The position numbers were made by a program, and so were the translations under genes. A model generated the notes under the pieces. It was not told the origin of the DNA. It made no database searches and saw nothing but the letters and a program-made list of their open reading frames with translations. Below are positions 1 through 8,099 of a stretch of DNA of 64,000 nt, piece after piece (positions within the stretch are counted from its first letter, which is position 1; every line of letters starts with the position of its first letter). The DNA is from Bryobacteraceae bacterium. GTDB lineage: Bacteria; Acidobacteriota; Terriglobia; Bryobacterales; Bryobacteraceae. The DNA lies in the NCBI GenBank assembly GCA_049516835.1, contig JBEKSR010000003.1:8302-72301 (forward strand), read 5' to 3'.

Positions 1-133
1 CCCGTGATTGTGACGATCGGGACTTGGCAGAGCCAATCGGGCGTGACCATGGCCGTGCAGTAGCCGGGAATTATGGTTTGCCCATTCTGTAGCGCCGCCA
101 ATCCCGGCAACGTACGATTCTAAGGAAACTGCC

Positions 134-646
134 GTGAGCGCGACGATATCTTTGACGACCCTGAACGAGCTGTTCGACTACAACTACTGGGCGCGGGACC
201 GCCAGCTTCAAGCCTGCGCGGGCCTCACGGAGGAGCAGTTCCTGCGTCCGCTGGGAAACAGCTTCCCTTCGCTGCGGGACACTCTGACGCATCTGCTCGC
301 CGTCGAGTGGTTGTGGCTGGAACGCTGGCGGGGACAGTCGCCCCGAACCTTGCTGGCCCCCGAGGAGTTCCCCACGCTGACTGCTTTGTCCCAGCGTTGG
401 CGGACGGTGGAGCGCGAGATGAGAGAGCACGTGGCCGGTCTGAGTGACGAAGCGCTCGAGTGCCCTGCGACCTATGTCAATACCAGAGGGCAAACGTGGA
501 CCTACCCGTTGTGGCGCATGATCCTGCACCTGCTCCAGCACCAGAGCTACCATCGCGGCCAGGTGACGGCCCTGTTGCGGCAACTGGGGGCGCAGCCGCC
601 CAAGGTCGATTTCCTGGACGCGCACGACATGGGGTTCCGCTCCTGA
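134..646 (+). CDS. DinB family protein (DinB/YfiT-like metal-dependent four-helix bundle)
   Basis: 170-aa ORF with GTG start. N-terminal 'YNYWARDRQL' and C-terminal 'HQSYHRGQV' fit the His-containing DinB-family pattern. Confidence 0.8.
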   Translation: MSATISLTTLNELFDYNYWARDRQLQACAGLTEEQFLRPLGNSFPSLRDTLTHLLAVEWLWLERWRGQSPRTLLAPEEFPTLTALSQRWRTVEREMREHVAGLSDEALECPATYVNTRGQTWTYPLWRMILHLLQHQSYHRGQVTALLRQLGAQPPKVDFLDAHDMGFRS

Positions 647-648
647 GG

Positions 649-2259
649 CTACCGCGGTGGCGCGTCCGCCGCTACCGGTCTGAGCAGCAAATCCTGAAAA
701 TCGAAGCTGAAATCGGTGAGCGGCGAAACCGGCGCCATCTTCACCTCGTCAACCGAGCCATCCGGTTTCAACGAGAACGTCACATACGCGTCGGCCGCCA
801 GCGTGCGGTCGCGCCAGCGGGCCACAAATGTGTCGTACTGCCAATGCTCCAGGTCGCCCGTGAGTTGACGGGTGTGGGTGAAGGAAATCGTCAGCTTGCC
901 GCTGTGCTCCTCAATCGCCACGTCCCCGTACCACGCATCGCGATAGCGCCCGGCATAACCCGCCAGCGGCAGCGAGGGCCGCGAGGTCGCGTTCCGTTTG
1001 GCGGCGGCTTGTTTCACGGCTTCCTCCGCGCCGGTTTCTCCCATCTTGGCCTGGGCCAGAAATGGGGCCACCCAATCGGTCTCGGGCGCGCCCAGGTAAT
1101 GATCCAGAATGGTGTAGGTCACGGCTTGGAAAGCTCCGGTGGCTTCCTGGTTGGTGAGCACGACGACTCCCAGCTTCAAGTCCGGGACCATGGTCACACG
1201 CGAGACGTATCCCGCAAGGCCGCCCGTGTGAGACACGATCTTTTTCCCCCGGTAGTCGTTCAACCCCCAGCCCAATCCGTAGGCGCTGAAATTGGGGCGC
1301 AGCGCGGCCAGGGCCGCCGGCGCGCCGTCCGGCGGGTCGCTGATCGGCATGATGGTCTGAGGCGACCACATCTCTTTGGACTGCGCCTCGCTGAACAGCC
1401 GCGAGCTTCCCATGCCGCCGCGATTGAGTTGGACCGTCACCCACTTCGCCAGGTCCGCGACACACGAATTGATGGCGCCCGCCGGGGCGTTGTTGTCGAC
1501 GTCCTCGTGCGGCAGCGGCTCCAGTTTGCCGCCGGCCTTGGAGTGCGGTATCGCCACGTCGCTCGCGGCCTTGAGCGCCTGCGTGCTGGCATTCGTCGAG
1601 GTCATGCCCAGCGGAATGAAGATGCGCTCCTTCACGAAATTGTCCCAGCTCTTTCCGGTGACCGCCGGAATGATCTGGCCCGCCACCAGGTACAGCAGGT
1701 TGTCATAGGCGTACCGGCTGCGGAAACTGGTGGCCGGCTTGACGAACCGCAGCCGCCGGATGATCTCTTCGCGGCTGAGGTCGGTGGGCGGGAAGAACAT
1801 CAGGTCGCCCGCGCCCAGCCCCAGCCCGCTGCGATGCACCAGCAGGTCCCTCACGGTGAGCTCGCGGGTGACGTACGGGTCGTACATCTGGAAACCGGGC
1901 ATGTGTTGGATCACGGCGTCGTCCCACCGGAGCTTGCCCTCGTCCACCAGCATGGCCAGCGCCGCCGCCGTGAAGGCCTTGGTATTGGAGGCGATGCGGA
2001 AGAGCGAGTGGGGCGTCACCGGCGCCGGCTCGCCCAGTTTCCGCACTCCGTACCCTTTGGCGAGGACCACGTTGCCGTCCTTGACAATCGCCACGGCGAT
2101 CCCCGGAACGTCGAACTCTTTTCGGGCGCGTTCCACCACCCGGTCGACGTAATCCTGCGCCGGGCAAACCGCCGCGGCCACGAGCAGCCCAATCAGAACA
2201 CGAAGCGGTTGGCAGGCGGAAGCGCCTGCCCCACAAAGAGGTGAGCCCTTGCGGGCCAA
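649..2259 (-). CDS. Serine hydrolase, beta-lactamase/PBP-like family, secreted
   Basis: 'FRIASNTKAFTAAA' gives the S-x-x-K motif and 'YAYDN' gives Y-x-N. Signal-like 'LRVLIGLLVAAAVCPAQ'. The ORF runs to 2457 but that part overlaps rsmI, so the start is set at in-frame TTG 2259 (ATG 2319 is the alternative). Start uncertain. Confidence 0.75.
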   Translation of the reverse strand: MARKGSPLCGAGASACQPLRVLIGLLVAAAVCPAQDYVDRVVERARKEFDVPGIAVAIVKDGNVVLAKGYGVRKLGEPAPVTPHSLFRIASNTKAFTAAALAMLVDEGKLRWDDAVIQHMPGFQMYDPYVTRELTVRDLLVHRSGLGLGAGDLMFFPPTDLSREEIIRRLRFVKPATSFRSRYAYDNLLYLVAGQIIPAVTGKSWDNFVKERIFIPLGMTSTNASTQALKAASDVAIPHSKAGGKLEPLPHEDVDNNAPAGAINSCVADLAKWVTVQLNRGGMGSSRLFSEAQSKEMWSPQTIMPISDPPDGAPAALAALRPNFSAYGLGWGLNDYRGKKIVSHTGGLAGYVSRVTMVPDLKLGVVVLTNQEATGAFQAVTYTILDHYLGAPETDWVAPFLAQAKMGETGAEEAVKQAAAKRNATSRPSLPLAGYAGRYRDAWYGDVAIEEHSGKLTISFTHTRQLTGDLEHWQYDTFVARWRDRTLAADAYVTFSLKPDGSVDEVKMAPVSPLTDFSFDFQDLLLRPVAADAPPR

Positions 2260-2284
2260 GGTGGGACAGGCGCTTCCGCCTGTC
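2211..2284. repeat. REP-like cluster of three GC-rich tetraloop hairpins
   Basis: GGCAGGCG-GAAG-CGCCTGCC (2211-2230), GCCC-TTGC-GGGC (2245-2256) and GACAGGCG-CTTC-CGCCTGTC (2265-2284). The first and third are near reverse complements of each other. Confidence 0.55.
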
Positions 2285-2293
2285 AACCCCGCA

Positions 2294-3118
2294 TTACCTG
2301 TCACGCAACAACTTCTCATAGACCTCCCTCTTTGACATCCCGCGCCGCCGCGCCACTTGTTTGATGGCGTCCATGCGCGGCGTTCCCGCCCGCAACAGTG
2401 CGTCCACGGCTTCATCCACCGGCGTGTCGTCCGGAGCCGGCCCCGCAGCCCGCCCAATGAGCACCGTCATCTCGCCCTTCACCGCGTCGCGCTCCGCCAG
2501 TTGCGCGCGAATCTGGGCCGCCGTGCCGCGCAGAAACTCTTCGTGGATCTTGGTCAGTTCGCGCGCCACCACCACGGGCCGCGGCCCCAGGGCCTTCGCT
2601 ATCGCCTCCAATGCTTCCAGAATGCGATGCGGCGCCTCGTAGAAGACGAGCGTGGCGTGCTCTTCCGCCAGCGCCTCCAACGTCTTGGCCCGCTGGCCCG
2701 GTTTGGGCGGCAGAAACCCGCAGAAACGGAACGTCTCCGCCGGCAGCCCCGAAGCCGCCAGCGCCGCCAGCGCCGCCGAAGCTCCCGGCACCGGCTGCAC
2801 CGGGATGCCGCTTTCGATGGCCGCCCTCACCAGCCGGTACCCCGGGTCGGATACCAGCGGCATCCCCGCGTCGGACACCAGCGCAATCGCCGCCCCGGCG
2901 CGCAGCCGCGCCGCCAACTCCGCGGCCCGCTCCATTTCGTTGTGCTCGTGGTAGCTGATGGTGGGGGTCCGGATGTCATAGTGATCCAGCAGCGTGCGTG
3001 TCCGCCGCGTGTCCTCGCACGCGATCAGATCCGCCTCCCTCAGCACCCGCACCGCGCGGTAGGTGATATCTTCCAGGTTCCCGATGGGCGTCGCCACCAG
3101 ATAGAGCAGGCCGGCCAT
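2294..3118 (-). CDS. rsmI: 16S rRNA (cytidine1402-2'-O)-methyltransferase RsmI
   Basis: 274 aa. 'LYLVATPIGNLEDITYRAVRVLREADLIACEDTRRTRTLLDHY' is the characteristic RsmI N-terminus (tetrapyrrole-methylase fold). Confidence 0.9.
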   Translation of the reverse strand: MAGLLYLVATPIGNLEDITYRAVRVLREADLIACEDTRRTRTLLDHYDIRTPTISYHEHNEMERAAELAARLRAGAAIALVSDAGMPLVSDPGYRLVRAAIESGIPVQPVPGASAALAALAASGLPAETFRFCGFLPPKPGQRAKTLEALAEEHATLVFYEAPHRILEALEAIAKALGPRPVVVARELTKIHEEFLRGTAAQIRAQLAERDAVKGEMTVLIGRAAGPAPDDTPVDEAVDALLRAGTPRMDAIKQVARRRGMSKREVYEKLLRDR

Positions 3119-3339
3119 TCCTTGAGTATAGAGGCAGACACCCCGGGGCCTCTGGCCCCATAGGCGTTAAGTTGAGTTAAGGGGTTGGTGGACCGATTCC
3201 TGGGGGCCGTAGCGGCTGTCGGCCCTTCTAAACCCTACGGGGTCAGGTGAGATTGATCGGTTGACCGTTTGGCCCGTCACATGTCAGCCATGGGCGTTCT
3301 TCGGCCAAGTGTTTTGTCCCACCAATGGAGCCGCTCCCG

Positions 3340-4044
3340 TCAATCCCAGCGTAGGCCCGCTGCTTCAAGGTGTTCTGGCCGAAACTTCAGGACACCGTCG
3401 GCAACGGCCAAAGGAAAAACCTCCGAAGTGATATCACTAAGATCGCCAACTTGAAACGGAAACGCCTCCTGAGCTCCAGGCGCCAATGCAATGCGATACT
3501 CGGATTGGTAAGAAAAGCTCGCCGGCTTTCGGAATCGCCCGACTTCTCCGGAATAGTTCGATTCATCGTAGTACTCAACGAGGCGGCCCTCGACCTTCAG
3601 TCCTCGGTGCTTTGCTGCGGCGGCTACTCTCGAAAGAAACTCCTGCGTATGAGTGAAGAGAACGAAAGACTCGCCAGGCCACTTATGGCATCTTGGAAAG
3701 ATTGGGCCCTCGACTGGCCTCGTTATCGCGAACATGCAGAAGAGATTGCAGAAAGAAGTTTGCTGGCGAGCAATTTTGATTGGACCGGCAAGGTCCCCAG
3801 GCGCGGCCCGGATCTGATCCAGGCCACGGATTCCCGGGTCGAAAACGAGATTGCAGTGCTCTGGCTGAAGGATGTAATCTGTGCCTTCACGTTTGTCGCT
3901 TCGGGCTGGGTCCCCCTCCAGCGACTTGAAAAAAGCCAGAGGGCTCATGTATAGGAGACCTTTCTGGACCATTTCCAGATGGGCCCTACGGCCGAGCTTG
4001 AGCAAGATCACACAGGGCTCGCCCGTTTTAGTCCAGAGGGCCAC
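3340..4044 (-). CDS. Hypothetical protein (orphan, gene D of the AT-richer island)
   Basis: 234-aa ORF with GTG start preceded by AGGA. AT-richer than the flanks. No motif I can name. Its start lies 34 nt from the left end of the IS1-type element. Confidence 0.5.
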   Translation of the reverse strand: MALWTKTGEPCVILLKLGRRAHLEMVQKGLLYMSPLAFFKSLEGDPARSDKREGTDYILQPEHCNLVFDPGIRGLDQIRAAPGDLAGPIKIARQQTSFCNLFCMFAITRPVEGPIFPRCHKWPGESFVLFTHTQEFLSRVAAAAKHRGLKVEGRLVEYYDESNYSGEVGRFRKPASFSYQSEYRIALAPGAQEAFPFQVGDLSDITSEVFPLAVADGVLKFRPEHLEAAGLRWD

Positions 4045-4198
4045 ACTTAATTATCCTCTGCCACACGCCCTGCCGTGGGTGGTGCGCTAAATCTGTGTCC
4101 CTAGCAGTTCTTGCGCCCCCGTTTCGTCAGCCCAATGGTGCGCCAAATGCACGGGGATTGGCCGAAGACGCACGAAGCGAATCGGTCCAAGTAGAAAA

Positions 4199-4777
4199 TC
4201 AGGGATCGTCGGGAGCCCTGGTCGGCAGAAGCATAGATGGATCGAAAACCATTTCACATTGAGGGCACGATAACTCGGCTAAGACCCACCGACTGAGCCA
4301 TCGCAGAAACTGCGCATCGAGCGCTCTCCGGCCCGCGACGTGAAGCGTTGCGATCTTGGGAACACTCCGAATCAGATCTATATCGACCGTCGTCAGTTGA
4401 TTAAGAAAAGCGATACTGTCTTCCAGCTTGGCTCCGTGGCGCGGAAGAAAAAAAAGATGAGCGATACGGTGACGCTTAGCGTCACCCTGCTTTTCTCTAC
4501 TGAGCGTCGATAACGGCCGTACGGGACATACTACAACTCGATTCTGGGCACGTTCAGGATGAGATATCTCGCAGTCGGGGGTGACCACTAGAGATCGCAC
4601 GCTTTGGCACGCCACGGACACCGGTACCTCTTCGTCCTTTGGCAATGCGATCATAGTCTCTACAGTAAGTCCGTGGTTCTGGTTACCGCGCACGTTGATG
4701 TAGACGTGCGGCGCAAACTCCAATAAATCGCCCTGGCTCAGTTGAGCCGCAGGTTCGCAGTAAAAGCTTCCAAGCAA
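4199..4777 (-). CDS. Hypothetical protein (cargo gene C)
   Basis: 192-aa ORF with TTG start 10 nt after the gene B stop. The order of 'QGDLLEF', 'SLVVTPDCEI', 'VVVCPVRPLS' and 'DSIAFLNQLTTVDIDLI' loosely recalls a MazF/PemK-type SH3-like barrel (weak, by eye). C-terminal 'CPQC'. Confidence 0.5.
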   Translation of the reverse strand: MLGSFYCEPAAQLSQGDLLEFAPHVYINVRGNQNHGLTVETMIALPKDEEVPVSVACQSVRSLVVTPDCEISHPERAQNRVVVCPVRPLSTLSREKQGDAKRHRIAHLFFLPRHGAKLEDSIAFLNQLTTVDIDLIRSVPKIATLHVAGRRALDAQFLRWLSRWVLAELSCPQCEMVFDPSMLLPTRAPDDP

Positions 4778-4787
4778 GAATTACCTT

Positions 4788-5168
4788 TTAGAAGAAACAA
4801 CTATCATCTGGCTCGACTTCTTGCTCGGCTTCGGACGGAGGCCTGAAGTAAGCGTCAAAGGCCAGCGACAAACTTTCTCCGGATCGCGCACGCGCGAAGT
4901 CTATCCCAGGTTTGGCGACGCTTTCGGGGGGCCTCGCAGGACTGCGAGGCGGTTTTGGCGCGCGATGGACTACCAAAATCACATCAGACGTGTGATTACT
5001 GAAGGGCAGAATAACAGTTCCTACTGGTGCAATAGCAAAACCGATTATCAACACCGCGGCCGAAAATGGAGATGGTCCTTTTGCGTGTTGGCGAGGGTTC
5101 GTTTGCCGTTCGGTCAGATCCTCTTCCAAAGAGAATACGTCCACTATATCCCACTGCTCATTTTTCAT
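4788..5168 (-). CDS. Hypothetical single-pass membrane protein (cargo gene B)
   Basis: 126 aa. Its ATG overlaps the gene A stop (ATGA). One hydrophobic helix 'FSAAVLIIGFAIAPVGTVILPF', with acidic N- and C-terminal tails. Confidence 0.5.
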   Translation of the reverse strand: MKNEQWDIVDVFSLEEDLTERQTNPRQHAKGPSPFSAAVLIIGFAIAPVGTVILPFSNHTSDVILVVHRAPKPPRSPARPPESVAKPGIDFARARSGESLSLAFDAYFRPPSEAEQEVEPDDSCFF

Positions 5169-5842
5169 GATTGTCTGACCTCTTCTGCGAAATGATGCAA
5201 CCGCTCTGCGTGCGGCTTACACTGCTCTAGAAATTCAAGCATCAGAGCAGTTGGCAGCGCAATCCGTATGATAGGCTCCAGGTATACGTCCGCTCTCCTG
5301 CCTATACGAACGAAGTGGATATCGGGCGGGGCTATGTAATAGAAGTCCATAATGGAGTCATCGCCGATTGCGGCCATGAAAACGTTGTTCGCACGAAAGC
5401 CCTGCACCTTTTCTGTGTCTTGAGGTTCTGGAATCGGTGCCAACCGTTTGGTGCTAAAGTCGTTTTGTAGGCTCTCGTGAAACGCCCTAGAGCTATTCCA
5501 AAGCCCTCGAACAAAAAGTGTTTCTGGATACGATATTTCGACCTTCGTACGAAGTGCCGCGTTGCCGGGTGCCAGCCGACCAAAGACGAGACCAATTCCC
5601 GCTCTCGCCTCAACCACTCTGCAATAGTCGGCAAAGTACCGGCGATCAGGAACCTCCGCACGCTCATAGTCAACACCGAGTTCGATGAATGTTCCTCTTC
5701 CATCTTCAATGAAGCGGAGGCGAACAGGTCCCTTCGATTGGGCGACAGCGCCGCGTCCGGGGGCTACGAATTTTCGTTCGCTAACAGCGTTCATGATTCC
5801 TTCAGATAGAATGCCGACACAAATCCATTTTGAGTATAGCAT
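5165..5842 (-). CDS. Hypothetical protein (cargo gene A)
   Basis: 225-aa ORF from ATG 5842. Alternative ATG 5794 is preceded by GAAGGA. No recognisable motif. About 50% GC in a spot count. Confidence 0.5.
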   Translation of the reverse strand: MLYSKWICVGILSEGIMNAVSERKFVAPGRGAVAQSKGPVRLRFIEDGRGTFIELGVDYERAEVPDRRYFADYCRVVEARAGIGLVFGRLAPGNAALRTKVEISYPETLFVRGLWNSSRAFHESLQNDFSTKRLAPIPEPQDTEKVQGFRANNVFMAAIGDDSIMDFYYIAPPDIHFVRIGRRADVYLEPIIRIALPTALMLEFLEQCKPHAERLHHFAEEVRQS

Positions 5843-5886
5843 ATTTTTCCGCCAGTCATCTACAAGGGAAACTGGTTTAGTATCAA

Positions 5887-6180
5887 TTAGTTAAAGCCTG
5901 CTGGGCGCTCAGGCCTCCTGATCACGCGGTCTCCGGCAGTTCCCGTGGTCCACATGGCCTTCGTGATGCCGACGGCCATCGCGGGCGTCATGCGCAGAGT
6001 CTGGTGGCGGCGGATGGAGTTGTACCAGGCAAAATGAACGCAGTATGCAGCCCACAGGTTGTCCCACTTCTTGCTAAAGGCGCTCATCAGCCGCGTCATG
6101 CGGCCCATCTGCATCCTGATCGTGAGGTTCTGGCGCTCCACATGGGACGTGCAAATCTTCGCGGGATCGGAGATCGCCAC
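5887..6180 (-). pseudogene. IS1-family transposase, C-terminal fragment only
   Basis: 'TSHVERQNLTIRMQMGRMTRLMSAFSKKW...YN..R.H.TL..TPAMA' parallels the InsB C-terminus '[28 protein letters not shown]'. The N-terminal zinc-finger/HTH region and the region that would carry the two catalytic Asp are absent. The ORF begins 3 nt inside the right inverted repeat. Confidence 0.75.
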
Positions 6181-6440
6181 CAGGATAGGGACACATATTT
6201 AGCGCACTACCCTGCCGTGCGGCTCCGGAAATCGCCAGGTGCAGGCGGAGCCCTCTATTCCGCATCTGGTCAGCCGCGATCATCGGCTGTGAGTGCAACA
6301 CCAGAATGCAATTAGTCGGAGGGCCACAGAAGCCATGTGGACGAGAAGTCGCCATCCCGGAGGCTGACCCCGACGTTATCGTTCAACCGCTTTTCTATGC
6401 CTGCCCCCCCAGTCTTCCATTGGCTCTGGAAGCGGCCTTT

Positions 6441-6935
6441 TTAGCCGCCCTGCTGCGGGTGCTTTTTCATCAGCGAATCGAGAAGCGCTTCCGGGATTCT
6501 AAAAGTTGTCCGCCGAAGACGGTTGACCGTCTGAGCAAGGTTAACCAGGCCGCGCTGGGCGGCAAGATCGAGAACCCCCAGCGTGCCAGTCACACGGAGT
6601 CCCTTGCCGCGAGCTACAATTGCGCCCTTCCGATCGTCCATGAGCGGCAGATCGGCGTCGAGCGAAATGGCCAGGGCGATTGCGGCTGCCTCCCCGTTAT
6701 CGAGTTCTTCCACGGAAGCCTGGTCGAATTGACGGCTTGGCGTTTCGTGGACGTCAAGCCAATCCGGAGGATCGGCAATCCAGTTCCGCACCAAAGACGG
6801 AACGTCCGGGTCGGTCAACTCGGCTCGCACGGCGGATGGCAGGATCACTTTCTCAAATAGAACTGGAAGGAGGTCGACGTTTTCGATCAGTACCAGATGG
6901 TCGATCGGCCCGGTATCGGCGATGATGAGCCGCAC
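6441..6935 (-). CDS. DUF3368-type PIN-like toxin
   Basis: 164 aa, 'LIIADTGPIDHLVLIENVDLLPVLF'. It sits directly downstream of a UPF0175 partner, the classic pairing. Confidence 0.7.
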   Translation of the reverse strand: MRLIIADTGPIDHLVLIENVDLLPVLFEKVILPSAVRAELTDPDVPSLVRNWIADPPDWLDVHETPSRQFDQASVEELDNGEAAAIALAISLDADLPLMDDRKGAIVARGKGLRVTGTLGVLDLAAQRGLVNLAQTVNRLRRTTFRIPEALLDSLMKKHPQQGG

Positions 6936-6938
6936 CGG

Positions 6939-7202
6939 TTAGAATCCCAATTGTTTCAGAGCGTCACGATCCCGCTCAAAATCTTCCATGGTGTAGTCTT
7001 CATACACGTCATGGGATTTTAGGAACCCATCGAGCCGGTACCTGGTTCCAAAACCGAGCAGCCGCCGCAGCTCAGGCTTGGTGATGCGACCGCTCTTGAA
7101 TTCTTCGAGCGCCAGGGCTTCGAGGGCGCGGCGCGAGAGGTCGACGCCGGATGCGCTCATGCGACTGGCCAGCTCATCGGGAATCCGGACGGTCAGTTCC
7201 AT
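6939..7202 (-). CDS. UPF0175 family antitoxin
   Basis: 87 aa. 'ALALEEFKSGRITKPELRRLLGF' is typical of UPF0175. There is a 3-nt gap to the DUF3368 gene. Confidence 0.7.
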   Translation of the reverse strand: MELTVRIPDELASRMSASGVDLSRRALEALALEEFKSGRITKPELRRLLGFGTRYRLDGFLKSHDVYEDYTMEDFERDRDALKQLGF

Positions 7203-7306
7203 GCTCTTTCACCCTACTCCATCCGCATAACTCGATCAAGGAAATAGCCGGACATAAGCGGTCATTTATGTTTGACAGTCCAGGCCTGTCCCCGGATTTC
7301 GCAGTT

Positions 7307-8089
7307 CTAGAACCGTTTCAGCGCGCGCAGCAGGGAGGCGGTGGTGCCGCCGGAATGCAGCTCCACCGAGTGAACGGGTTTCCAATTCTCGTCCATGGTC
7401 CCAATGTAGAGGGCGGCCTGGCGGCTGCCGCCCATCAGGATGACGGTGTACTTGCGGTCCGGGTAGCCGAGGGCGCGGCACTGGAGTTCGCCCGACTCGC
7501 TCTGCCAGCGGTCGGAGGCGGGCCGGCCCAGTTTCTGCACCGCGGCGAGGTAGTCGTCGCGGCTGGTCAGGGTGAGGTACTGCTGGTCCTTAGTGGTGAA
7601 GACCACGCTCTGCCTGACCTCGCCCACTTGGGTCAGGCGGAGGGCCGCCAGGCAGAGGAGAACGGCCACGGGCAGCGCGGCGGCGATCAGCTTGAAGATG
7701 CGGCGGTCGTTGGATTCCAGCCGGATGCCCACCACGGGCGCGGGCGCGCCGCGGTCCGGAACGGCCCCGGATGCCGGAGGAGAGCCGCCCACCGCAACGG
7801 GCATCTGGATCACGCGCCGCTGGTACGGCCACACCGTGCCGCCCTTGTATTCCAGCTCCCGGTTCAAGCCGACTATGAGGACCGGGTCGTCGATGCGCGA
7901 CACTTCACCGACGAGCCGCCGCGAGATCCAGATCTCCGCACCGCTCTTGCAATTGACCACCAGGATCTCCGACCAGGTGGCCTTCCGGAAGAGCCACTCG
8001 TTGTGCTCGATGTTGAGGATGGGGGGATAGAACGAGAATGGCCGGGAGGTCAAGTGGTTGAGCGACGGCGGAATGGGCGGGGAGGCCAT
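7307..8089 (-). CDS. Hypothetical membrane-anchored protein
   Basis: The ORF runs to 8188 but overlaps the upstream gene, so ATG 8089 ('MASPPIPPSLNHL') was chosen. One central TM helix 'IFKLIAAALPVAVLLCLAAL'. Confidence 0.5.
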   Translation of the reverse strand: MASPPIPPSLNHLTSRPFSFYPPILNIEHNEWLFRKATWSEILVVNCKSGAEIWISRRLVGEVSRIDDPVLIVGLNRELEYKGGTVWPYQRRVIQMPVAVGGSPPASGAVPDRGAPAPVVGIRLESNDRRIFKLIAAALPVAVLLCLAALRLTQVGEVRQSVVFTTKDQQYLTLTSRDDYLAAVQKLGRPASDRWQSESGELQCRALGYPDRKYTVILMGGSRQAALYIGTMDENWKPVHSVELHSGGTTASLLRALKRF

Positions 8090-8099
8090 GGGAATTCGA

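Larger units (their letters stand above)
4078..6211 (-). mobile_element. IS1-family-derived, non-autonomous element carrying three passenger genes
   Basis: Left end 4078-4105 is GGTGGTGCGCTAAATCTGTGTCCCTAGC. The reverse complement of 6184-6211 is GGTAGTGCGCTAAATATGTGTCCCTATC, a 25/28 match, and both begin GGnnnTG. Identical 8-bp direct repeats CTGCCGTG sit at 4070-4077 and 6212-6219. Inside, only a C-terminal IS1 transposase fragment remains. Confidence 0.75.

Noticed and set aside
1-63. A 3' end of a plus-strand ORF reaching the window start ('PVIVTIGTWQSQSGVTMAVQ*').
   Set aside because: Only 20 codons are visible and no motif is present. It cannot be supported as a feature.
5867-5886. GGGAAACTGGTTTAGTATCA as a possible third IS end next to the transposase-fragment stop.
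   Set aside because: Only about 11/20 positions match the IR core, and it is in the wrong orientation for a terminal repeat. I treated it as chance similarity.
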